A DNA stretch of 64,000 bases, taken from Pseudomonadota bacterium (GTDB lineage: Bacteria > Pseudomonadota > Alphaproteobacteria > G022571365). Where the stretch lies: assembly GCA_022571365.1 (NCBI GenBank), contig JACZXZ010000008.1, forward strand, positions 2,262-66,261, in the 5' to 3' direction. Both the position numbers and the translations under genes were made by a program. The number at the start of each line of letters is the position of its first letter. Positions within the stretch are counted from its first letter, which is position 1. Below are positions 21,075-33,319 of this stretch, piece after piece. The notes beneath the pieces are model-generated. The model was not told the DNA's origin. It was given only the letters and a program-made list of their open reading frames with translations, and ran no database searches.

Positions 21075-22268
21075 GCGCTGAGGCGGCCCAAGAGCCCCCC
21101 GTCCGCGGCGCCGATGATGCGGGCGCGGACTACGGTGCCGGGCTCGGCGCTCCGATCCAGGCGGACCGGCGCGAAATGTTCGCTGCGCCCCAGCTCCCCT
21201 TTCTCGACCAGGACCTGGGCTTGGGTTCCGACCCGGCTTTCGAGGAAGCGGCCGAGTGCGGCCTCGCCGGCCGCGCGCAGCCGGGCCGCGCGTGCCTTGC
21301 GCACCGGGACCGGCACTTGCGGCATCCGCGCCGCGGGCGTGCCGGGCCGCTCGGAATAGGGAAAGACATGGAGCCAGGTGAGTCCGCAGTCCTCGATGAG
21401 TGATAGCGTGTTCTGGAAAGCCGCCTCGGTTTCGGTGGGAAAGCCGGCGATCAGGTCGGCGCCGAACACCACGTCGGGGCGCAGTCGCCGAATCCGCGCG
21501 CAGAGGTGGACCGCGTCGGCGCGGCTGTGGCGCCGCTTCATGCGCTTGAGGATCATGTCGTCGCCCGCCTGCAGGCTCAGGTGCAGGTGCGGCATCAGGC
21601 GCGGCTCCTCGGCGATCAGGCGGATGAGCTCGCGGTCCATCTCGACCGGATCGAGGGAGCCCAAGCGCAGCCGCCCGAGCTCCGGGGAGGTCGAGGCCGT
21701 AGGCCGTGAGATCGACACCGGTCAACACCACCTCGCGATAGCCGTTCGCCAGCAGCGTGCGGACCTGGGCGACGACCCGTCCCACGGGCACGCTGCGGCT
21801 CGGCCCGCGGCCGTAGGGAATGATGCAGAAGGTGCAGCGGTGGTCGCACCCCTGTTGCACCTGGACGAAGGCGCGGGCCCGGCCCTCGAAGCCCTGGATC
21901 AGGTGCCCGGCGGTCTCCTTGACCGCCATGATGTCGCTGACCAGGACCGGTTCATCGAGGTCCGCGCAAAAGCTCTCGATCCTGAGCTTGTCCTCGTTGC
22001 CCAGGACCCGATCGACCTCGGGCATGGCGGCGAAGGCGCGGGGGTTGATCTGCGCCGCGCAGCCGGTGACGATGATCTTAGCCTCGGGCCGCGCCCGCCG
22101 TGCCCGGCGGATGGCCTGGCGCGCCTGCCGCTCGGCCTCGGCGGTGACCGCGCAGGTGTTGACGATGACCGCGTCGGCAAGGCCCGCCCGCCGGGCCAGG
22201 CCGCGGATGACCTCGGACTCGTAGGCGTTCAACCGGCAGCCGAAGGTGATGATCTCGGGCCCGTTCAT
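21071..22268 (-). pseudogene. mtaB: tRNA threonylcarbamoyladenosine methylthiotransferase (MiaB-like), apparently interrupted by a frameshift near 21,68x
   Basis: The N-terminal part (MNGPEIITFGC...QQGCDHRCTFCIIPYGRGPSRS...VVLTGVDLTAYGLDLPG) is in one frame. The C-terminal part (ELGRLRLGSLDPVEMDRELIRLIAEEPRLMPHLHLSLQAGDD...) is in the -1 frame, which begins right after a TGA. The switch maps to a CCCC run in ...gacctccccggagctc... Confidence 0.6.
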
Positions 22269-23098
22269 GGCAACATGGAGTCCTCGATCTGGCCGGTGAA
22301 GCTGACCGCCACCGGCCCGGTCATGACCACGTGACCGTTCTCGAGCCACTCGGCCCGAAGCACCCCGCCGTCGAGCGCGACCTCGGCCTTCCGTCCCGTC
22401 AGGCCCCGGCGGCTTGCGGCCACCACCGCGGCGCAGGCGCCCGAGCCACAGGCCTGGGTGAGCCCGGCGCCGCGCTCCCACACCCGGAGCCGGATCTTCT
22501 CCCGCGACGGCACGCTGGCGACCCCGATGTTGGCCCCCTCGGGGAACATCTCGTGGCGCTCCAGCGCCGGCCCGTAGTCCGCGAGCGCCACCGCCTCGGC
22601 GTCGTCGACGAAGAACACGGCATGGGGGTTGCCCATGTTGACCGCGACCGCGTCGGACAGGGGGCCGAGGCTGATATCCAGGTGCGCGGTATCGGCCGGT
22701 TCGGCAAGAGGGATGTCGCGCCAGTCGAGCCGGGCGGCGCCCATGTCGACGGCGACCTCTCCGTCGGCGGCGCGCGCGGCGTCGAGGAGGCCCGCCGCCG
22801 TCTCGATGGTCACATGGTCGGCGCCCTTCTCCGCCATGAGCAAGGCGGCGACGCAGCGGGTGCCGTTGCCGCAGGCTTCGGCCTCGCTGCCGTCGGCGTT
22901 CAGGATGCGAAGATAGGCCTCGGCCCGCGCGTTGCGTGGCGGCTCGACCGCGATCACCTGGTCGCAGCCCACGCCGGTCCTGCGGTCGGCGATGGCGCGC
23001 GCTTGCGCTTCGCCTAGGGCGAGGCTCGCGTCCCGCAGGTCGATCACCACGAAGTCGTTGCCGATCCCGTGCATCTTGGTGAAGGCGAGCGCGCTCAT
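22265..23098 (-). CDS. dapF: Diaminopimelate epimerase
   Basis: MHGIGNDFVVID and two active-site Cys motifs (NADGSEAEACGNGTRC, CGSGACA). Confidence 0.9.
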   Translation of the reverse strand: MSALAFTKMHGIGNDFVVIDLRDASLALGEAQARAIADRRTGVGCDQVIAVEPPRNARAEAYLRILNADGSEAEACGNGTRCVAALLMAEKGADHVTIETAAGLLDAARAADGEVAVDMGAARLDWRDIPLAEPADTAHLDISLGPLSDAVAVNMGNPHAVFFVDDAEAVALADYGPALERHEMFPEGANIGVASVPSREKIRLRVWERGAGLTQACGSGACAAVVAASRRGLTGRKAEVALDGGVLRAEWLENGHVVMTGPVAVSFTGQIEDSMLP

Positions 23099-23355
23099 GG
23101 TCCGCCTTATATGGCGCGCCGGCCCCGGGAGTCCACCGGATTCGGGCGGGCCGGCAGTCTTCCCGAAGGCGTTGCCGACGCCCGGGTGACATCGGGGCGC
23201 CGGTCGTACCGCCCGGTCGCTTGACTTCGCTCCGGCGCGACCCTAATCTCCGCCGCGCTCAAGGAAATTGAGTGATTTCGAGCCCCCTCGGGGGCCCGCC
23301 GGTCCGCGAGTTTCGCGCACTGGCGCGTTTTGTGTTTGGAGTGGTTCTACAACAG

Positions 23356-24705
<1,350 letters not shown>

Positions 24706-24839
24706 ACGGGCCAGGCAGTCCATGGCATGATCCGGGCGGGATGATTTGACGATGAGTCCTTGGAGTCTGAGTCCTTGGAGTCCTTGTGCTGGGAACCCTT
24801 TGATACGGGAACCCTTAACAGCTTTGATAGGGAGGAAAA

Positions 24840-25545
24840 CGAAATGGGGTTGAGAATCCGTCTTGCTCGAGGCGGTACCAAGAAGCGTCCCTTCTACCGC
24901 ATCGTCGTCGCCGATGCCCGCAGCCCGCGCGACGGCCGTTTCATCGAGAGGCTCGGCTTCTACAACCCGATGGTGCCCAAGGACCATCCGGAACGGATCA
25001 CCCTCAACTCCGAGCGGATCAAGCACTGGCTCTCGGTCGGAGCAAGGCCGACCGACCGGGTTGCGCGCTTTCTCGGCCAGGCCGAGATCATGCCCATGCC
25101 GGCGATCCCGGAGCAGACCAAGAAGAATCAGCCGAGGGTCAAGACGCGGGAGCGCCTGAAGGCGGCCGAAGCCGCAGCGGCGGCGGAGGTTGCCGCCGAG
25201 GAGAAGCCCGCGGCCGAAGCCCCCGCGGCGGAGGCTGCCGCCGAGGAGAAGCCTGCGGCCGAGGCCCCAGCGGCGGAGCCCGCCGCCGAGGAGAAGCCCG
25301 CGGCCGAAGCCCCCGCGGAAGAGCCCGCCGCCGAGGAGAAGCCTGCGGCCAAGGCCCCTGCGAAGAAGGCCGCCGCCAAGAAGAAATCCAAGGCCAAGGC
25401 CCCTGCGAAGAAGGCCGCCGCCAAGAAGAAATCCAAGGCCAAGGCTCCTGCCAAGAAGGCCGCCGCCAAGAAGAAGTCCAAGGCCAAGGCCCCTGCGAAG
25501 AAAGGCGCCGCCAAGGAGAAGTCCAAGGCGGAGGAAAAGGCCTAG
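24840..25545 (+). CDS. rpsP: 30S ribosomal protein S16 with a long acidic/basic low-complexity C-terminal extension
   Basis: N-terminal [42 protein letters not shown] is canonical S16 (~85 aa). It is followed by four [12 protein letters not shown] repeats and four [15 protein letters not shown] repeats. Confidence 0.85.
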
Positions 25546-25565
25546 CTGGCCTGGACGCCGCGAAG

Positions 25566-26216
25566 ATGGAGAAGGAGTCGGTGATGAAGCAGCAGTCCGC
25601 GTCTTGCGAGACGGACCGGGTGTGCGTCGGCGTCATCACCGGCAGCCACGGCGTCAAGGGCGCGGTCCGGGTGAAGAGCTTCACCGCCGATCCACAGGGG
25701 GTGGCCGCCTACGGGCCCGTCTCGGACGAGCAGGGCGGCCGACACTTCACCCTGCGGCTCACCGGGTCTACCCGCGGCCAAGTGATCGTCCGCATCGACG
25801 GTATCGAGGACCGCGACGCGGCCAAGGCGCTCAAGGGTTTGCGTCTCTATGTGCCGCGCGCGGCATTGCCGGAGCCGGGCGAGGACGAGTACTACCACGC
25901 CGACCTTTTGGGTTTGCATGTCGAGCTCGCCGACGGCCGGTTGCTGGGCACGGCGCGCGCGCTCTATGATTTCGGCGCCGGCGACTTGCTCGAGGTGGAA
26001 CGCGCGGACGAGCCTCCGCTGTTGGTGCCGTTCACTCGCGCCGCCGTGCCGGTGGTCGACCTCGAGGCCGGCCGGATCGTGGTCGACCTGGCGCCGGGCC
26101 TGCTCGAACAGGACGACAGAGGCTCGGACGAAGGTGGATCGCGGGGATCGCGAAAGGCGCGGCGGCACCGGATTGCGTCGACAGCCAAGGTGCGCCGGCG
26201 CAACATGAGCCAATGA
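25566..26216 (+). CDS. rimM: Ribosome maturation factor
   Basis: RimM N-terminal (GVITGSHGVKGAVRV) and PRC-barrel motifs. Charged C-terminal extension. Confidence 0.8.
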   Translation: MEKESVMKQQSASCETDRVCVGVITGSHGVKGAVRVKSFTADPQGVAAYGPVSDEQGGRHFTLRLTGSTRGQVIVRIDGIEDRDAAKALKGLRLYVPRAALPEPGEDEYYHADLLGLHVELADGRLLGTARALYDFGAGDLLEVERADEPPLLVPFTRAAVPVVDLEAGRIVVDLAPGLLEQDDRGSDEGGSRGSRKARRHRIASTAKVRRRNMSQ

Positions 26217-26341
26217 GGAGTCCGGGTGGTTCACCGAGGGCCAAGTCTGTTGGCGGCGGGTCGCCAGGACCGTGCCGGGCTTAGTGTAAGCCGCGGGCGC
26301 GGTCGGTCCGTGGGCCTATAGGCTCTCCAGCGGTTGATTCG

Positions 26342-27085
26342 ATGAAAAAACGGAGTGGCAAGGCGGTGACGAAGCCAATCTGGACCGCCAAGGTGGTGAC
26401 CTTATTTCCGGAGATGTTCCCAGGACCGCTCGGCCATTCGCTCGCCGGCAGGGCGCTTACAGCCGGCATCTGGGCGTTGGAAACAGTGGACATTCGCGCC
26501 TTTGCACGCGATATATACGGCACCGTCGACGACGCTCCCTTCGGCGGCGGGCCGGGCATGGTGATGCGTCCCGACGTGGTCGACGCGGCCCTGGAGGCGG
26601 CCGTCGGCCCGAGCGGGTCCGAGCGGGCGGGGCCGGTAATTTACCTCACCCCGCGCGGTCGTCTGCTCGATCAGGCGCGGGTCAGCGAGCTGGCTCGGTT
26701 GCCGGGGGCGACCTTGCTTTGCGGCCGCTTCGAGGGAGTGGATGAGCGCGTTCTCGAAGCGTGGAAGGTGGAGGAATTAAGCCTCGGCGACTTCGTGCTT
26801 TCCGGCGGCGAGCCGGCGGCGATCGCCCTCGTCGATGCCTGTGTCAGGCTGTTGCCGGGCGTCGTCGGTGACGCCGCGGCGTTGAGGGAAGAGAGCTTTG
26901 AACAGGGATTGTTGGAATACCCCCACTACACCCGGCCTCAGCTCTGGCGGGGTCGGGCGGCGCCCGAGGTCTTGCTATCCGGGCACCATGAGAGGATTCG
27001 CGCCTGGCGACGCGACCGGGCCGAGGAGGCGACGCGCGCGCGGCGTCCGGACCTGTGGGCCCGCTACGTCGCGAACCAAAAGTAG
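26342..27085 (+). CDS. trmD: tRNA (guanine37-N1)-methyltransferase
   Basis: SPOUT-fold TrmD motifs ([39 protein letters not shown]). Confidence 0.9.
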   Translation: MKKRSGKAVTKPIWTAKVVTLFPEMFPGPLGHSLAGRALTAGIWALETVDIRAFARDIYGTVDDAPFGGGPGMVMRPDVVDAALEAAVGPSGSERAGPVIYLTPRGRLLDQARVSELARLPGATLLCGRFEGVDERVLEAWKVEELSLGDFVLSGGEPAAIALVDACVRLLPGVVGDAAALREESFEQGLLEYPHYTRPQLWRGRAAPEVLLSGHHERIRAWRRDRAEEATRARRPDLWARYVANQK

Positions 27086-27101
27086 CTGAGGATTTTTCTC
27101 C

Positions 27102-27647
27102 GTGAACGTCATCGAGCGGCTCGAGAAGGCGCAAATCGCGAAGCTGGCGGCGGCACGCCCGGTGCCGGATTTCGGCCCTGGGGATACCTTGCGCGTCAAA
27201 CTCAAGGTGGTCGAAGGCTCGAGCGAACGCATCCAGGTCTTCGAGGGCGTGTGCATCGCTCGCAAAAACGCCGGGCTCGGCTCCGCCTTCACTCTGCGCA
27301 AGATCTCCTATGGCGAGGGGGTGGAGCGGATTTTCCCGCTTTACTCGCCGCGCATCTCTGACATCGAGGTGGTGCGCCGTGGTCGCGTGCGCCGCGCCAA
27401 GCTCTATTACCTGAGGCAGCTTACCGGCAAGCGCGCCCGCATCACCGAGCGGGCCACCGGCGCCAGGGCGGCGGTGAGGCCGGACGAAGCCGAGGCGCCC
27501 GAGGAAGAGGCGGCGGAAGCGACGACCGAGGCCGCGGCGCCCGAATCGGCGAAGGCCGAGGCAAGCGCGCCCGAGGCCAAGGCGAAAACGGCGGGGAAAA
27601 AGAAGGCAGGGAAGAAGGAAAAAGCAGGCACGGAAGAAAAAGAATAA
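27102..27647 (+). CDS. rplS: 50S ribosomal protein L19 with an Ala/Glu/Lys-rich C-terminal extension
   Basis: Canonical L19 core ([35 protein letters not shown]...RRAKLYYLR) plus a ~60-aa tail ending [23 protein letters not shown]. Confidence 0.85.
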   Translation: MNVIERLEKAQIAKLAAARPVPDFGPGDTLRVKLKVVEGSSERIQVFEGVCIARKNAGLGSAFTLRKISYGEGVERIFPLYSPRISDIEVVRRGRVRRAKLYYLRQLTGKRARITERATGARAAVRPDEAEAPEEEAAEATTEAAAPESAKAEASAPEAKAKTAGKKKAGKKEKAGTEEKE

Positions 27648-27739
27648 AAAACAAAGCCAAAAAGAAGCCGGACATCCTTTGCCTGGAGCCCGGTTCCGAG
27701 ATCGGGTCGCGGCCGGGAATTGGGGCTTCAACGAGGAAC

Positions 27740-29146
27740 ATGAGCATGGCGAGGACCCTGTTCGACAAGATCTGGGACAGCCATCTGGTCGACGTCCAGG
27801 ACGACGGCACCTCTCTCCTCTATATCGACCGCCATCTGGTCCACGAAGTGACCAGCCCCCAGGCCTTCGAGGGGCTCAAGGCGGCCGGGCGCGGGGTGCG
27901 GCGGCCCGAGGCCACCCTGGCGGTCTGCGACCACAACGTGCCGACCACCGACCGTTCGGGCGGCATCGACGACGCGGAATCGCGCATTCAGATCGAGACC
28001 CTGGAGCGGAACTGCGCCGAGTTCGGCATCCCTTACTTCTCCATGTCGGACGTCCGCCAGGGCATCGTTCACATCATCGGCCCGGAACAGGGCATGACCC
28101 AGCCCGGCATGACCATCGTCTGCGGCGACAGCCACACCTCGACCCATGGCGCCTTCGGGGCGCTGGCCTTCGGTATCGGCACCTCGGAGGTCGAGCACGT
28201 GCTGACGACCCAGACCCTGGTCCAGAGGCCGGCCAAGAACATGCGCATTGCGGTCGAGGGCGATCCGTCCTTTGGGATCACCGCCAAGGACATGATCCTG
28301 GCCATGATCGGCAAGATCGGGGTCGCCGGCGGCACCGGCTACGTCATCGAGTACGCGGGCAAGGCGATCCGCGATCTTTCCATGGCCGGCCGTATGACGG
28401 TGTGCAACATGTCGATCGAGGCCGGCGCCCGGGCCGGGCTGATCGCGCCTGATGAGACCACCTTCGCGTATATCGAGGGCCGGCCCATGGCGCCCAAGGG
28501 CGGCCAATGGGAGCAGGCGGTGGCCTACTGGCGCACCCTGCCCTCGGACGAGGGCGCCGCCTACGACGAGGAGGTCACGCTGGATGCCGCCGACATCGCT
28601 CCCCAGGTGACCTGGGGCACCAACCCTGGGCAGGTCCTGCCGATCACGGGCGTGGTGCCGGACCCGGCCCAGGAGGCGAACGGGGGCCGGCGCCGCGCCA
28701 TGGAGCGTGCGCTCGAATATATGGGGCTCGAACCCGGCACGCCGCTTACAGACATCAAGATCGACCAGGTCTTCATCGGCTCCTGCACCAACGCCCGCAT
28801 CGAGGACCTGCGCGCTGTCGCCCGGGTGGTGGAGGGCCGCAAGCTGGCCGACGGCGTTGGTGCCATGGTTGTGCCCGGCTCGGGCCTGGTCAAGGAGCAG
28901 GCCGAGGCCGAAGGGCTCGACCGGATATTCATCGCGGCCGGTTTCGAGTGGCGCGAGGCGGGCTGCTCCATGTGCCTGGCCATGAACGCCGACAGGCTCA
29001 AGCCGGGCGAGCGCTGCGCCTCGACCTCCAACCGCAACTTCGAGGGCCGCCAGGGCAAGGGCGGCCGCACCCACCTCATGAGCCCGGTGATGGCCGCGGC
29101 GGCGGCGCTCGCCGGCCACATCGCCGACGTGCGGGAGCTGGTGTAG
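27740..29146 (+). CDS. leuC: 3-isopropylmalate dehydratase large subunit
   Basis: Aconitase-family motifs ([35 protein letters not shown]). Confidence 0.9.
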   Translation: MSMARTLFDKIWDSHLVDVQDDGTSLLYIDRHLVHEVTSPQAFEGLKAAGRGVRRPEATLAVCDHNVPTTDRSGGIDDAESRIQIETLERNCAEFGIPYFSMSDVRQGIVHIIGPEQGMTQPGMTIVCGDSHTSTHGAFGALAFGIGTSEVEHVLTTQTLVQRPAKNMRIAVEGDPSFGITAKDMILAMIGKIGVAGGTGYVIEYAGKAIRDLSMAGRMTVCNMSIEAGARAGLIAPDETTFAYIEGRPMAPKGGQWEQAVAYWRTLPSDEGAAYDEEVTLDAADIAPQVTWGTNPGQVLPITGVVPDPAQEANGGRRRAMERALEYMGLEPGTPLTDIKIDQVFIGSCTNARIEDLRAVARVVEGRKLADGVGAMVVPGSGLVKEQAEAEGLDRIFIAAGFEWREAGCSMCLAMNADRLKPGERCASTSNRNFEGRQGKGGRTHLMSPVMAAAAALAGHIADVRELV

Positions 29147-29378
29147 GAGACCGGACGTGGTTCACAAGGGCTGCACGGGAACCGATTGAGGGCGCGCCAA
29201 TTGCTGGATTTGCGAGGAGACGGCCCGAGCGGTGCTGGCAAACGAAACCCTGTCGCGTGACTTGCGAAGTGGATTCTGCGGGGGTGAGCATGACAATTTT
29301 TCACCGGGATTCAGGCACTGCGTCATCTGGGGAGTCCGAAAGCAAGGGCGCCGGTGAACGCCCGGGACCTGGGCAGGT

Positions 29379-30029
29379 TTGAAGATGGAAAAGTTCACCA
29401 AACTGACCGGGGTCGCGGCGCCCTTGGAGATGATCAACGTCGACACCGACCAGATCATCCCCAAGCAGTTCCTCAAGACCATCAAGCGCACGGGCCTGGG
29501 CCGCTCCCTGTTCTTTGACCTGCGCTACAACGACGACGGCACGGAGAAGCCCGAGTTTGTGTTGAACCGGCCGGCTTGGCGCCAGGCCAAGATCCTGGTT
29601 ACGGGCGAGAACTTCGGCTGCGGCTCGAGCCGCGAGCATGCGCCGTGGGCGCTTCTCGACTTCGGCATCCGGTGCGTCATCGCGCCCAGCTTCGCCGACA
29701 TCTTCTACAACAACTGCTTCAAGAACGGCATCTTGCCGATTGCGCTGCCGCAGGGCCAGGTGGATGCGCTCATGGCGGTCGCCCGCCGGGGTGCGGATGG
29801 GACGCTCACCGTCGATCTGGAAAAGCAGGAGGTCCGCGGCCCCGACGGCGCCACCCTATCCTTCGAGCTCGATCCGTTTCGCAAGCACTGCTTTTTAGAG
29901 GGCCTCGACGACATCAGCCTCACCTTCGAGAAGGCGGAGGCCATCGACCGCTTCGAGGCCGAACAACGCCGCGCCCAGCCCTGGCTCTGGGCCCGAGCCG
30001 TTCCGTGCCGGCCAGAAAGAAGCTCCTGA
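29379..30029 (+). CDS. leuD: 3-isopropylmalate dehydratase small subunit
   Basis: Aconitase swivel domain ([31 protein letters not shown]). The 3' end overlaps the leuB start. Confidence 0.85.
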   Translation: MKMEKFTKLTGVAAPLEMINVDTDQIIPKQFLKTIKRTGLGRSLFFDLRYNDDGTEKPEFVLNRPAWRQAKILVTGENFGCGSSREHAPWALLDFGIRCVIAPSFADIFYNNCFKNGILPIALPQGQVDALMAVARRGADGTLTVDLEKQEVRGPDGATLSFELDPFRKHCFLEGLDDISLTFEKAEAIDRFEAEQRRAQPWLWARAVPCRPERSS

Positions 30030-31117
30030 TCCTGGCCGGCGACGGCATCGGACCTGAGGTGATGGCCCAGGTCCGCCGCGTCATCGCGTGGTTCGACCGA
30101 TTCCGCGTCGTCTCCTTCGGCGTGGTCGAAGGGCTGGTGGGCGGCGCCTCCTTCGACGCCCATGGCACGCCCTTGACCGAGGAAACCCTGGCCGATGCCA
30201 AGGCCGCCGACGCGGTGCTGCTGGGCGCGGTCGGCGGGCCGAAATGGGACGGCCTCCCGTTCGAGAGCAAGCCCGAGCGCGGGCTCTTGCGCCTGCGCAA
30301 GGAAATGGCGCTGTTCGCCAATCTGCGTCCGGCGATCGTGTTCGAGTCGATGGCCGAGGCCGCGGCGCTCAGGCCGGAACTGGTACGCGGGCTCGACATC
30401 ATGATCGTACGCGAGCTTATCGGCGGTATCTATTTTGGCGAGCCGCGCGGCATCGAGGAGCTGCCGGACGGCAGCCGCCGCGGCGTCAACACCCAGGTTT
30501 ACACCACGGAGGAGATTCGGCGCGTCGCCCGCGTCGCCTTCGAGATCGCCGGGAAGCGCACGGGCAAGGTGTGCTCGGTCGACAAGGCGAACGTCATGGA
30601 AAGCGGGGTGCTGTGGCGTGAGGAGGTGCAGAGCCTGAGGGACGAGGAGTTCCCCGACATCGCGCTCACGCATATGTACGCCGACAACTGCGCCATGCAG
30701 CTCGTGCGCGAGCCCAAGCAGTTCGACGTCATTGTCACCGACAATATGTTCGGTGACATACTGTCCGACGAGGCCGCCATGCTGACCGGCTCGTTGGGCA
30801 TGCTGCCTTCGGCCTCCCTCGGCGCGGCCAGCGGGAAGGGCTACCGTCCGGCGCTTTACGAGCCGGTGCACGGCAGCGCCCCCGACATCGTCGGCAAGAA
30901 CCTTGCCAACCCGCTCGCCGCGTTTTTGAGCTTCGCCATGATGCTGCGCCATTCCTTCGCGCTCGGCGATGAGGCGGAGCTGGTCGAGACGGCGGTCGGA
31001 AACGTGCTGGCGGGCGGCATGCGCACCGCCGACATCCTGCAACCGGGCACGGCCAAAGTTTCGACCCTCGTCATGGGCGACGCGGTTTTGCGCGAGCTCG
31101 GCAAGCTCACGGCGTGA
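30005..31117 (+). CDS. leuB: 3-isopropylmalate dehydrogenase
   Basis: Probable GTG start. N-terminal [16 protein letters not shown] and the isocitrate/isopropylmalate DH signature ([27 protein letters not shown]). Confidence 0.85.
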   Translation: MPARKKLLILAGDGIGPEVMAQVRRVIAWFDRFRVVSFGVVEGLVGGASFDAHGTPLTEETLADAKAADAVLLGAVGGPKWDGLPFESKPERGLLRLRKEMALFANLRPAIVFESMAEAAALRPELVRGLDIMIVRELIGGIYFGEPRGIEELPDGSRRGVNTQVYTTEEIRRVARVAFEIAGKRTGKVCSVDKANVMESGVLWREEVQSLRDEEFPDIALTHMYADNCAMQLVREPKQFDVIVTDNMFGDILSDEAAMLTGSLGMLPSASLGAASGKGYRPALYEPVHGSAPDIVGKNLANPLAAFLSFAMMLRHSFALGDEAELVETAVGNVLAGGMRTADILQPGTAKVSTLVMGDAVLRELGKLTA

Positions 31118-31287
31118 GCGGGTCGGCGGCAAGGAGCTCCGGGGCGGTTCTTTTGGGGCTTTCCTTACCGCCGCCCGCCGCGCCTGCCGCTTCGCCTTGG
31201 CGCTTGTGGGGCTGACCCTTGAAAAATGCTCTCAGCGGGCGTAAGTGAGCCACTCGTTGCGCGCAAACCTGCATCGGGACACGGACT

Positions 31288-32313
31288 ATGGGCTATAAGG
31301 TCGCGGTCGTGGGCGCCACCGGCAATGTCGGGCGCGAGATACTGACAACCCTTGCCGAGCGCGAGTTTCCCGCCGACGAGGTGGTGGCGCTGGCGTCGGT
31401 GGACTCGGTCGGCAAGGAGGTGTCTTTCGGCGATGACCGGACGCTTGAGGTCGGAGCGCTCGACGGCTTCGACTTTGAGGGCTTCGACATCGCGCTCTTT
31501 TCGCCCGGGGCCAAGGTTTCGGCCGTGCACGCTCCGCGCGCCGCCGCGGCCGGCTGCGTCGTCGTCGACAACACCTCCCATTTCCGCATGGAGCCCGACG
31601 TGCCGCTGGTGGTGCCCGAGGTCAACCCGGAGGCCATCGGCGGCTACGCCAAGCGCAACATCATCGCCAACCCGAACTGCTCGACGATCCAGATGGTCGT
31701 GGTGCTGAAGCCCCTCCACGATCTCGCGCGCATCAAGCGCGTGGTGGTCGCGACCTATCAGTCGGTCTCCGGCGCCGGCAGGGAGGCGATGGACGAGCTG
31801 TTCAACCAGACCCGGGCCATCTACGTCAATGATCCGATCAAGCGGGAGCAATTCACCAAACAGATGGCCTTCAACGTCATTCCCCATATCGATGATTTCC
31901 TGGGCGACGGTTCGACCCGGGAGGAATGGAAGATGGCGGTAGAGACCCAGAAAATCCTCGACCCCTCGATAAAGGTCGCGGCGACCTGCGTTCGTGTGCC
32001 GGTGTTCATCGGCCACGCCGAGGCGATCAATCTGGCGTTCGAGCGGCCGATCACGGCCGCGGCAGCGAGGGCGGCGCTCAAACAAGCGCCCGGGATCTCG
32101 GTCATCGACTACCGGGTCGACGAAGGCTATGTGACGCCGGTGGAGTGCGTGGGCGAGGATTCGGTCTATGTGGGCCGCATCCGCGTGGATAAGACCGTCA
32201 AGAACGGCCTTAGCCTGTGGGTGGTGGCCGACAACCTGCGCAAGGGCGCGGCCTTGAACGCCGTCCAGATCGCCGAGGAACTGATTCGCTCCTACATGAA
32301 AAAGGCCGCCTGA
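31288..32313 (+). CDS. asd: Aspartate-semialdehyde dehydrogenase
   Basis: MGYKVAVVGATGNVGRE and the active-site region IANPNCSTIQ. Confidence 0.9.
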   Translation: MGYKVAVVGATGNVGREILTTLAEREFPADEVVALASVDSVGKEVSFGDDRTLEVGALDGFDFEGFDIALFSPGAKVSAVHAPRAAAAGCVVVDNTSHFRMEPDVPLVVPEVNPEAIGGYAKRNIIANPNCSTIQMVVVLKPLHDLARIKRVVVATYQSVSGAGREAMDELFNQTRAIYVNDPIKREQFTKQMAFNVIPHIDDFLGDGSTREEWKMAVETQKILDPSIKVAATCVRVPVFIGHAEAINLAFERPITAAAARAALKQAPGISVIDYRVDEGYVTPVECVGEDSVYVGRIRVDKTVKNGLSLWVVADNLRKGAALNAVQIAEELIRSYMKKAA

Positions 32314-32360
32314 GCGGGCGGCCATCAAAAAAGGCCGCCTGAGCGGGTGCCATCATCGAG
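32305..32360. repeat. Tandem ~27-bp duplication spanning the asd stop codon; GC hairpin terminator-like
   Basis: aaaaaggccgcctgagcgggcggccatc / aaaaaaggccgcctgagcgggtgccatc. Each copy contains the GGCCGCC...GGCGGCC inverted repeat. Confidence 0.6.
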
Positions 32361-32452
32361 AAGGCTGACGCCTTCTTGACCCTCTGGCAAGCCGCGTTGT
32401 CCGGCTCGGGCCCCCGAGCGGCGGGCATCGCGGCGGCCTCGCGAAATGGGCT

Positions 32453-33091
32453 CTAGGGCAGAAGATCCCCGTCCAGGACCGCCACGCTCGCCAGTACGAT
32501 CGCGCCGAAGGCGATGATGATGATCCCGGAAATCCGGTTGATCCAGCGCATGCCGTGGGTGCCGATCCAGCCGCGGAACAGGCTGGCCCCGCCGCTCAGG
32601 ATCAGCCACCACAGGGCCGAGCCGAAGAAGACGCCCAGGACTAACGTCCAAAGCGCGGCCAGGTCCTGGCTCCCGCTCACCACTCCCAGCGCGGCGAAGA
32701 TCGCGGCGAAAGCGAGAATCGTGATCGGGTTGGTGAGGGTCAGCCCGAAGGTCGAGAAGAAGTTCGTGAGCAGGCTGTTTCCTGAAACGGGCGCGGCCTG
32801 TTTCCTGGGCCGGCTCAAAAAGGTCTTGAGACCGAGCGCGAACAGAATCGCTCCCCCGATGATGCGCAACCACATCTGGTGGCTGATAAGAAATCCTGAG
32901 ATCACGGTCACGCCGAAGGCGGCGATGAAGCCATAGATCGTGTCGGCGGTCGCGGCGCCCAGGCCGGAGACGAGGCCCGAGATGCGCCCTTCGGCCAGGG
33001 TCCGCTGGACGCAGAGCGCGCCGATGGGGCCCACGGGTGCCGCGATGGCAAGGCCGATGACGATCCCTTTGAAGAACAAAACGCCGATCAT
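32453..33091 (-). CDS. LysE/RhtB-family amino acid exporter
   Basis: Six-TM protein with the LysE-type N-terminus (MIGVLFFKGIVIGLAIAAPVGPIGALCVQRTL). Confidence 0.8.
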   Translation of the reverse strand: MIGVLFFKGIVIGLAIAAPVGPIGALCVQRTLAEGRISGLVSGLGAATADTIYGFIAAFGVTVISGFLISHQMWLRIIGGAILFALGLKTFLSRPRKQAAPVSGNSLLTNFFSTFGLTLTNPITILAFAAIFAALGVVSGSQDLAALWTLVLGVFFGSALWWLILSGGASLFRGWIGTHGMRWINRISGIIIIAFGAIVLASVAVLDGDLLP

Positions 33092-33319
33092 CGCCGGTTC
33101 ATCGGTGGGTATCGGAAACCCGGACGGGCGCCGAGCAACACATTTCCGATTCCCCCTGTCTCCTCTGCCACAGCTGCTATCGGGCCGCATCGCCACCACT
33201 GGCCCGGCCGCCCGGTTTGCCCGGGCCAGCGCCGCCTCGGCGGCGGCCCGCTGCTCTCCACGGGGAGACCATAGCGGCCGGCCCCCGTGACTCCTTCCTG
33301 TCTACCGCAACCGCCCTGT

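Noticed and set aside
25139-25969. Pro/Arg-rich ORFs (25190..25969 plus; 25139..25684 minus) overlapping the rpsP tail and rimM
   Set aside because: They are alternative frames of the repetitive Lys/Ala-tail DNA and the rimM coding region. The S16 and RimM frames have conserved N-terminal cores and RBSs.
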